Shown piece after piece: positions 54,264 to 64,000 of a stretch of 64,000 bases of DNA (the first letter of the stretch is position 1; the number at the start of each line of letters is the position of its first letter). Location: assembly GCA_013239625.1 (NCBI GenBank), contig MU053629.1:3809567-3873566 (forward strand), given 5' to 3'. The DNA comes from Lama guanicoe. Lineage: Eukaryota. A program made the position numbers and the translations under genes. A model generated the notes under the pieces. It saw only the letters and a program-made list of their open reading frames with translations. It was not told the DNA's origin and made no database searches.

Positions 54264-57200
54264 TGAATGGGTATGTGGGTGCACACATCAAACGGCAGCT
54301 TCATCCTGAGGCTCCTGCAGGCTCATAAGGGAGTATTCTCTGTGCAGCTTCAGACACCTAAAGCAGGCTCCAACTTCTTAGACCGTGGAAGGAGCGGTCA
54401 GGTCTAGGAGAAGCCAAAGACAGGAGTGCTACCCCCCTACTCCCAGCCCATTTAGCATTTGTGTGCATGTACCTATACCTACGGAATACTTTGTTGTATC
54501 CAGGCGGATGTAAGTTGTGAAATTGCAGACAATTCATGGCTAGAGTCAAAAGTGTAAATGGTCTCACTTGTTCCTTTCTATACTTCGGAGCATAGCTTTT
54601 GCAGGGTAACCCCTCTCAGAGTGGAGGACACCTTCTTGTCCTGATTGCTGTTGGCATCCCTTGGGTGTCATCTGCCAGGGCTCTCTGTCATCATTTGCAA
54701 TTCTGTGCCCAGCTTTTGTAGAGGATTGAGGGTCCAGGAGGTGTCTGAGTAGGCAAGGAGGCCAGGTATTTTATTACCTCTGAGAACTGCCCCCTTCTTT
54801 GTTCTCTTCCTGGGATTTCCTGCACACACACCCTCTTCCCAGCCCTGCTTACCTGAGCAGGCCCTGGGTGCCGAAGCAGAGGTGAGGACAGGTGGAGACT
54901 CCTGGCAGGCCAGAAGCTCGCACTCCCCTCACCCGACCCTGCACTGCAGAGATCATGCATTTTAGCCTGTAGCATCTTCTGGATGTGTGCATCTTGGGTG
55001 GCACTGGGGGTTCCCCAGGGGTGGGACTGCCAGGCGGCTATAGCTGTTGGGCCCGGGCAGGCTCTCAGTCCCTCCAGTCTGGCCCCTCAGGAGAGGGTCA
55101 GCACCCAGCCTAGGGGCACATAAGAGGGTCTGATCACCAGGTTTCCTGACTCCCAGTGTGGAAGGGGAGGGTGGGGCTAGGAGCATGGATTTATCCCGGG
55201 TGTCTTGTTTGTGTCTGAGGTGGTGGTGGCTAGAGAGGGAGGACGGTGCCTCAGTGATGGTTCCTGAAGAGAGAGCACTGATGAGGATGGGGAGGGGGCA
55301 GCACTGACCTGACTGCCCTGCTCCAGACATGGTCCTTCTAGGCCTGATTCAGGGGCTTTGGGCTGTCCCTGACCTGTGGCTTACTGCCAGCCCTCTGTGC
55401 CTCTTGTTGCTCTTCCTGACAGCTTCCCCTGGAAGTGGCTTTCTCCCCTCTTCCATTCTGGCTCCTCCCTGCCTCTGGGGAAGAGAACCCTACTTGTGGT
55501 TGCTCTGTCCCTAGTTCTTTATCCTAGTGGGAGAGAACAGTGGGGTCCCCGTCTGCTCTCCTAGAGGGCCCTACCGGGCATTTTCTCTCTCACCGCATCC
55601 GTCTGACAGCAAATGTTTGCTGAGCACTTACTCTGTGCCTGGCACTCTGCTGGGTGCTGTAGCAGGGAGAGGGGACATATGAGTAGGATCAGTGTCCTCG
55701 AGAAACAGAATCTTCGGGTGGGGGTTGGGGGAGAGATGGGGCAGTGATGGGGAAGGAAGGGCCTGGCTAGTGGGGATGAACTCTGAGAGCACTGTGGAGT
55801 GTGCATGTAACAGGAGCACCGTCCAGAGCCTCATAGCTCTAACCTGGAACGCGGCCTTGGAGGATGGATGCGTAAGAGGAGGTGGGTGTCGAGGGGGAGG
55901 AGGAGAGGGCCGGCTGAGCATCAAGGTGCCAGGCAAGCTCAGGTGTGTGGGCGGGAAGGGGTGGCGGAAAAAAATTGGAGAAAACAGAGATGACCCACCG
56001 CTGCCCCTACTCCTTGGATAAGTCATTTTGGGCCTTGGTTTGAGTTTGGTGGACTTGGGCAGTTTTCAGTTAAAGGGCACACTGCACTGGAATGGTTCTT
56101 ACCCAAAGACCTGGTCCTAGGCTCTGCCCTGCCAGTAATGACAACTTGACCTTGGAGGAGTAACCTTGTCACTGAGTCTCCCTGTGGGTCAGTGCTCTAG
56201 AAACATTGTCCACATCTAATTCTAGACTAAGCATTGGCATTCGCCTCCTCTGCTCCTCCCAGAAGGAGGCGCTATTGCAGGCGCTGGGTTTATTCTGCCT
56301 CTTCACTAGCTCAGGGCTCCCCTGGTCCCCGATTCAAGCCACCTGAGGGCACTTGGGAGGACTGATGGTCTGGGAAGTTTCGGGTAGGTGCTAGGTTGAC
56401 CCTCTTGCTTCATCCCCTGCCTGATGGCTTGGGCCGCCAGGACTGAGAACTAGGGGAGCCGTTTGCTGCCCACCCCACCCCTGCCTCCTGGCCGCCAGCC
56501 TGGCTCCCGGAGCTGGGCGGGTGCATAGCTGGAGCTCAGCCGTGCGCGTCCTGATAAGGAGACCGCTCCTTCCAGGGCTCTGGGGGAAGAGGGCTGGGGC
56601 ACCAGGGTAGGCAGACAGGCAGACAGACCCACATACAGAGCAGGCATGCATCTCGCTGGAACACCCAGCAGGCCAACTGAGGGACACCCACCTGGCACTC
56701 TGGCCTCCCCAGGGATCCCTAGTGCCAGGAGGCCCTTTTCTGGGCAGTTCGGTCCCTTGCTGCTTGGAGCAAACCCTGCTCCATCCTTCAGCTTGCTTTG
56801 GGGCCAGTCCCCTTCTTTAAGCCTCCGTCCCCATCTGTAAAGCAGTGGGGTGAACAGAATTCCTGGAGGTCTGATGTGCAGATTCCAGGTGACACAGGCC
56901 TGCCCTCTCCCCCATGCTTGTCTCAGAAAGTGTGGTCCCCTGTGCCCAGCTCTGCTCCGGGGCCTCCCGCTCCCGTGGGAGTCAGGCCATAGCTCTCCCT
57001 TCCTCTTGTGTGTCTTTCTGTCAGTTCACTGAGCTCGGTGCCTATGTGGACGGAAATGTGGAGAAATACTTTAATCACAGTTCTAACCTGTGTTTATAGA
57101 GCTCCTTTCTCCTGAAAGTATCCATTAACTTTGGAATAAATCTCCTGCTCTTTGCTTCACCACTTTTTTTTTTCTGTAATTATATTCAGTAGATTACTAT

Positions 57201-57329
57201 TATCCAAATTGCGCCAGGGAAAGAGAGACAGAGCTAGAGAGAGAACTTCTAAATGACTGAAGGAGGCCGCCTAGGAAAACACAGGGTTCCCAGGCCAGGA
57301 CTATAGGAATTAGAATGGGCTAGAAAGTT

Positions 57330-57580
57330 TTCCTTTTATTTGGCCTGGCATTATCCCTTTGAAATGAGATCAATTTCAAGTTGGGCTTCCAAGCCCCCGC
57401 CCCGCCCCTCTGGCGGCCCCTCGGCCTGCCCGCCCTGCTCCTCCGAGCTCCTCCTTGGAGGTGAGGAAGGGGTGATAATGTGCAGTTTGCCTCTTGCTGG
57501 CGCCAGCCGGCCGCGCTGTTTATCTGGCTGCCGGGGGAATCTGGGCAATTAGGCTCCACCGGCCTTAAAGCGCCAGGAGC
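57330..57580. promoter_or_regulatory. Candidate intron-1 enhancer (GGCGCC, GATA/FOX, TCF)
   Basis: GCTGGCGCCAGC palindrome 57496-57507; TGTTTATCT 57517-57525; TTATC-CCTTTGAA 57351-57363; tandem GC boxes near 57396-57408. Confidence 0.5.
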
Positions 57581-58321
57581 TTCTTTTCTGTGCCTCCCAC
57601 CCCAGGGCTTAGGGTTGAGCCTTCAGGTTCTAGGAGGTGGAGAGGACAGGCACTCGGGAGACCACCCCTTGGGAGGATGGAAACTGGGAGGCCCAGGAAG
57701 GCGTGTGGATCCTTCCTAAGCAAGATGCTAGGCTGTGCAGATGGGAGTAGAAGGTAATGTCTCGAATTGAAACTTGACCAGGCACTGGGAGAGGCTGTGA
57801 ACTCTTCTGGCTTTAGATCTAGGGTCTAGATCCCAGAAGGCTAAGTACCCCCTGGGGGCTGACCAGAGGCATGTCTGGGCTGAGCTGAGCTGGGCCGAGC
57901 GCTAGCCTTCTGGTACACTTGGCCCCTGGCTGACTGCTCTCCCTTCTGAAGGGAGTTGGAGGAGATTCCTGAAGTTGATGCCTGAGGCTGGACGTCTGAG
58001 GGGGCTGGAGTTTCTGATCTGTCTCCCCCCACCCTCTCCCTCCTTCCCTCCCTCCTGCCCACGATCATTTCTTTCCAGGGGTTCTAAGAGTTCTTCCCTT
58101 AAAGTTTAGACCATGTAAGTTGTCATTTAGAAATTAACACAACTTTTGCGAGAACTGAGATAGCTTCTAAGAGGGCAGGAGACAGAGGGCCTGGGGTAGC
58201 TTACGCTTTCTTTTCTGACCTTTTGTCCCACCTGAGTTAATGTCCTGGGGCTCTACCCTCTCAGATCCATGGTGGGGTGGGGTGTCAGAGTGAAAAGAGG
58301 GGTACCAGCTAAAGGTTGCTT

Positions 58322-58785
58322 GGTATTGTTCATAGTAACGTTATTCCTAAGAGCCAAAAAGTGAGAACAACCTGAATGTCCATTAGCTGATGGAGGAATA
58401 AACAGAATGTGGACCATCATTCTGCCATAAACAAGGATGAAGTTACCATAGGAGCTATAGCAAGGATGAGCCTGGAAACTAGTATGCTGAGTAAAGGAAG
58501 CCAGGCACAAAAGGCCTCATGCTATATGCATCCATTTGTGTGAAATATCCTGGAGAGGCAAATCCCCAGGGATAGAAAGTAGATTTGTGGTTGCCTGGGA
58601 TGTGGGCGTCTGAGGGGATAGGGACTGACTGCTCATGGGGACAGGGTTTCTTTTGGGGTGATGAAAACATTCTGTAATTAGATGGGGTTGCTGGTCTCAC
58701 AACTCTGAATGTTCCACGAACCACTGCACACTGCACTTTAAAAGTCAATCTTAGAGCATGTGAATGATAACTGTTTTTTTAAAAA
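58322..58785 (+). mobile_element. Ancient L1M (L1MB-like) 3' fragment, sense orientation in SMAD6 intron 1
   Basis: TGTTCATAGTAACGTTATTC..AGCCAAAAAGTG..AACAACCTGAATGTCCAT; GAAAGTAGATTTGTGGTTGCC; TTTTGGGGTGATGAAAACATTCT resemble L1M 3' ends. Confidence 0.85.
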
Positions 58786-60969
58786 CAGGGTTTTTTTGGT
58801 GTTGATCCTCATCTGGACTCCCCCTTTGTTTAGTTGAAGTAGAATGACGTCTCTTCCCTTCCTGTGTGGCCTTGGGCGGGCCTTTTACCTGGCTGGACCC
58901 CAGCTGCCCCATCCGTTAAAAGAAGTTGAGTTGGGTGACCCTCGACATTCCAAATCCCCACGTCTGTGGGCCTTCATCCTTTTTTACTTGCCTAGGATGG
59001 AAGTTAATGATGAGTTTGTAGTCTCTACAGTTGTTACACAGTTCTGTGCAAGTCGTTTTCCTGGAGTGAAGAGTTGGGGCGGGGAGGGTACGTAAGATCC
59101 CTCCTGAAAGCATTGCTCGTTCTCACTGACTGAGGGGTGACGTCTCAAGTCTGTGGATCTCACTTTTGGTCTCACTCATGCACTAGAACCCCCCAGCCCA
59201 GGGGTGGCCATGGTTGATGGGTGTCATAACGCAAGGCCCAGGGGGCTCCTGTGGGGGAATCTTAAGGGCCTCCCCTCCCCTCGTTCCGGTCCCAGGTAAG
59301 CAGCCTCTGGAAGAGATGCTGGGGTCGATTACAGTGGCTTAACTCCAGCCACCACAGCCCATGGCTAACTTTTGGGGACAGATCTGGGGGCAGATGTCCA
59401 GAGTTCCCCACCATGTGTGGCCTGGGCCTCAGCCAATCATGTTTGCAAAAGGAACCCTGACACAGGAGTTGCAGGCCTTCTGATAAGTCAGGGGTCGTGG
59501 AAAGGGCATGAGGCTGGGGATCAGGAGACCTGGCCCCTGGTTCTAGCTCTACACCAGCTCCCTATCCGACCCTGAGGGAGTCACTCCTACTGTTCAGGCC
59601 TCAGTCTTCTCCTCTGTACAGTGGGAACACTGGCCTCAATTCTGTTTCCTCATGGAGCTCTAGCCCTACCTGTGTTTTGACTCTTGTTCTGGAAGTCTGG
59701 TCCTCACTCAAGTCTGGTCTCTAACCCCTCCAAGGCCGGTGGTGGATAAAGGGGCTCCTATTGAAGGCAGATAGCCCCCTCATTGAGTCTTGTTTGAGGT
59801 CTCCCTTGGGTCACCCCTTTGGCCCCCCAGGTCCTCTTTGTCCACGGATGCCCCCAACTTTACCATCAGTCTCATCACCATGATCTTTGTCCGCATATGT
59901 TTACTGAACACTTTCTGTGCATGTGATGTACTGGACCCAGCTGGAGTGAGGGGTGTAAGACAAGGTGGGTCTTGATTGCTTGTCTCACTGTGGTGTTGAG
60001 CAGAGCCAGGCCAGGGCTCAGATCCCCGCTCTACCAGGATTGGTTGGGGGACACTGAGCAACTCAGTTTTCTCGTCTGTAAAATGGGAATAATAATGACC
60101 ATCTTATTTATTTCTGAGAAAGGATGAAATAAAAGTTGGTGCCTGGTGAGCATGATTAACTACTCTATACCTGAGGTCCAAAAGAGTGAAAAACAATGAA
60201 GGAAATTGAAGAGCCCCAGCACAGAGAGGGACACAGGGTAGGCATTCAGCAAATGTTTGCTTCGCTCCCAATGGCTTCTCTGTGATTCATTTTCCTGCTC
60301 CCTAACTCTGGTCCACAAAAGATTCCCTGTTTCGAGCCCTCAGAGCCTTCACTTTGTTGAAGTCATTTCTAGCTGGAAGAGCCGGGGTGGGGAAGAGGTG
60401 AAGCTGCTTGCTCCTCCAACTAATTGTGCCTTATTATAATTGCGAAAAATGCTTATTACCCCTTGTGTCATTCCTGATACCTGCCTAATAATAGTTATTA
60501 CCACTTTACTAGCACTGGGAGTTTGTTTTAGTTTGCGATTGGTTGGTGTTTAGTTTCATTTACAGAAAATGAAGGGTCATTTCATTCATGCAAATTGTTA
60601 CTTAGTTTAGCAAATTGTTACTTCCCAGAAAGCAAGAGGCTAAGGAATTCTTCTGAAGACAAAGTATATGTTTTTAAGGAGGAGTATTTTGGGCAAATGA
60701 AAGGAAACCCAAAGAAAAATACCATAGATGATAAAGAATCACAGAGGGTCTGAGCTGGAAGGGTAGTGTGTTCTGCTCTGCTCTTTACGGACGGGGAGAC
60801 TGAGCCTGGCAGCGGCTGATTTAAGGTCTGCCATCTAGAAAATTGGGTTTGGCTTCCTGGGTTCCAACCAGTCCTGTCCTCCTCGCCCTGAAAGATGCTC
60901 TAATGCAGCTCGTTTGGAAACCAGCTTCTATGTCTCCGTGGGCCTCCTCACTCACACTCAGCTCTGACT

Positions 60970-61158
60970 GGAGCCGCCAAATTTAGCAAATAAAAGTACA
61001 GAAAGCCCAGTTAAATGAGTTTCAGACAAACAGCACATAATTTTTTAGCATGAGTATGTCCCAAATATTGCACTGAGCATACTTACAGTAGAAATGTTTG
61101 CCATGTATTTCCAAAATTCAAATTTAACTGCCCATCCTGTGTTTTAGCAGGCCACCCT
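60970..61158. mobile_element. MER53-like palindromic DNA transposon
   Basis: GCCAAATTTAGCAAATAAAAGTACAG..CCCAGTTAAAT..AGTATGTCCCAAATATTGCA..CATACTTA..AAATTCAAATTTAACTG..GGCCACCCT, with internal inverted symmetry. Confidence 0.8.
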
Positions 61159-61510
61159 GACTCTGACTTTCCCTGTCCTTGTGTTTCTCCCGTTATAATA
61201 ATAATTATTGCTGTTTGAGGAGGTATTTTCCTGCAGTAGCAAGAGCTCTGTGACCCTAAGCATTTAACATACGTTGTTTTCTTTTGCCCTCCTGGCAAAT
61301 CTGGGAGTTCCATATGGTGATTGTTCCCATTTTAGACTTGAGGAAATAGGCTCAGAGAGGTGAAGTAACTTGCCTGAGGTCACACAGCCAAAGGTGACAG
61401 AATAGGGATTGAGCCCAGGTCTGTACTCCAAGTCTGTGGCCTTTCCTGTGGCAGTGCTGTTCCAGGGGACGTGGGCAGCAGGGGTGCTGGTTTCCTGGGA
61501 GCCGGGCTAA

Positions 61511-61783
<273 letters not shown>

Positions 61784-63215
61784 TGAAGTTTTGCAAACAC
61801 ACCCCGAGTTGGGCCAGAACAGGCCCTGCCTCAGCGCAGGCTATTTACATCTTGAAATTCCTCGCTCATCATTAACCTCTCTGTGACCTTTAAACATGGG
61901 CCTGTGGGAGACGAATGGGTTTTGACTTCAGCATCTCGTTGGAGGTGGGTTGGTATTTCTGTCTCCATCCCGCTCCCTTCCTCCCCAGCCTTAGGTGGTT
62001 CTCCTTTAGTGTGTATTCACTAGCACTATGACAGATAGGTTGAGCTGGAAGTCGCTGTTAAGAGGAGCTCTATGTTTTAAGCCCGAAAGTTCACCTGGGC
62101 AGAAACAAGTTAGAATATTTAGAAAGCAAATGCCTTGATACACAGAGTCCCTGGCATGGGCGGTCCCCCCGCATAGTAATGTCCTTGTCAGCAGGTCCCA
62201 CTGTGTGTTTTCTGTAAAGCCTTGGGGCTAAATGAGCGGCTCATATCGTGGGGTAGATGCATGTGGTTTGAAAAGTGGAGATGGCTTGTTCCCTGGGTGT
62301 CCTGGCTCCTTCACTGAAGAATCTCAGTGGTGGGGGCGAGTCAGTGTGGCCTTGATAGTACCAGGAGAGCAACTCTGTGGCCCAGGCAGTTCCTGTGGGA
62401 CTCAAGCTTTAGAAGTCAGATGGCGTGGCAGTGATGCTAACACATTCCACCCAGTGACCACAAAAAGTGGGTTTTGTTTGGTTTTTGGTAAAGGCCTCTT
62501 CCCGGTAGCGTGTGTCAGCATCGTCTGGGAGGTCACTTCTGAGTGTCACAGGCTCTCAGGCATCCAGTCCAGTTTTCTTTCCAGCCCCCTCCCCCCATGG
62601 AGTCCAAAGTGCCCCCCGGGTCCCTGCAGCAGTTTGTCCTCCTCAGTCTAGGAGGACAGAGGCTGTCCCATGACGGTGTGTGAGTCAGTGTCTTCACGAG
62701 GGCAACTTTCTCATTGTTTTTCCTGAACTATGGTCATCCCGTGGATGGAGGAGCTTTATTTAGCTCTCTGGGGGAACTGGGGAAGTCATCTGGTGAGACT
62801 CTGCCTCTTCATAGATGAGGACTCAGGAAGGATGTTCCAAGTGCTGAGCAGAAAGGCTGAGGAGGAAGCCCAGAGCAGCCCCTGATCGGCTCAGCAGCGC
62901 CCCAACCTCCCCACCAAGCCTGTCTCCCCATTTTTCTAAGTTAACATAATTGCACTAGGTGCTCAGAAGATCCCTAATTCCATTAGAGAGGAAAAAAGAA
63001 AAAAAATGTTCTTCGTAAATGTAGCACCTGAGTTGGAATGTCAGGCCTCATTGCCCTGAGGAATCGTGGGTCAGCTCGTGATAAAGCTGCAAAACTCAGA
63101 ACACCGTCCAACCGGGCAGAGTGACCATCTGGAACCCAACAGGTGTCCCAGTTATTTTATAAATGGGACAACCGAGACGGAGGAGGAAGTGACACTTGCT
63201 GGTGGTCCTATAGCT

Positions 63216-63536
63216 CAGGGGTCCGCAAACGACAGCCCATCATTTGTATTTGCATGGCTTATGAGCTGAGAATGGATTTTTTTTTAAATGGATTAAAAAA
63301 AAAAAACCAGACCCAAAGGACTATTTCGTGACATGTGAAAATTATATGAAATTCAAATTTCAGTGTCTGTAAAGAAGTTCTGCTGGAACCCAGCCACGCT
63401 CACCCATTTCCGTGTTGTCTGTGGCTGCATCCACAGGACAGCGGCCGAGGGGCATTGCTGCAGGGGAGACCATATGGCTCGCAAAGCTGGAAATATTCAC
63501 CACGGGGCCCTTTGCAGACAAAGTCGTTGACCCCTG
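63216..63536 (+). mobile_element. hAT-Charlie MITE (MER58B-like)
   Basis: TIRs CAGGGGTC...GACCCCTG; internal GTGACATGTGAAAATTATATGAAATTCAAATTTCAGTGTC. Confidence 0.8.
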
Positions 63537-64000
63537 AGTTTGCTGACTGGTAGTGGAGGTGGGACTCGAAGCCCGGGCTCCAAATTCCGGATGGGGTTTC
63601 TCCTTAGGGCTCTGAGCGGGGGTCAGAGCAGTTCACCAAGAAACAGGGTTTAGCCTGGGATGTTGCCACTTAGTGGCAGCAAGACTTGGGGCCTGAACGC
63701 TTTGGGAAGATTAGGAATGAAAAGCAAAATTCTTTTGAGAAGTTCCCACCCAGGCCTTGAGGTCACTATTATTATTATTATTTTTAAAGAGATTTTCCAT
63801 CTCTCCTTACTTGCCTCCAAGTGCATTTGACCAGCAGATAACTTTTGCATACCCTGGTAAATAGTCCGAGTTATTTTGTGTATTATTTTGTTTTCCTTGC
63901 ATTGTTACTTTTTCATAAGCACAAAGTCAGTTCACTTCTAAGCTGCTCTGATCACATGAGACCAAAAAACAAAATAAAACTCAGAACCCCCAGTCAGCAT

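Noticed and set aside
60590..60623. Short direct repeats (GCAAATTGTTACTT twice; also 12-mers near 22156-22185 and 48939-48964)
   Set aside because: Ordinary local slippage duplications with no array or spacer structure; not CRISPR-like.

Overview
Mammalian genomic DNA, probably camelid, judged from five tRNA-Ala-headed Vic-1-like SINEs and no Alu, Bov, CHR or PRE elements seen. The window holds about 52 kb of repeat-rich intergenic sequence followed by the 5' end of SMAD6 on the + strand: CpG-island promoter, roughly 1 kb 5' UTR, coding exon 1 (53268-54096), 7.5 kb intron 1, the 57-nt PY-motif exon 2 (61605-61661) and the start of intron 2. No other protein-coding gene is supported; almost all other listed ORFs are GC-rich or repeat-derived noise. 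I found no convincing novel gene system. The best leads are regulatory or evolutionary: (1) an intronic L1 segment that looks like the source of the human short-isoform (Smad6s) first exon but has ATA instead of ATG here; (2) several SMAD/GATA composite motif clusters, one sharing an exact 13-mer with the promoter; (3) a uORF-dense 5' UTR with two identical start-stop elements; (4) a possible upstream NF-Y/Sp1 promoter with matching splice sites; (5) a convergent CTCF-like pair. Repeat family names and human comparisons are from memory and need database confirmation.
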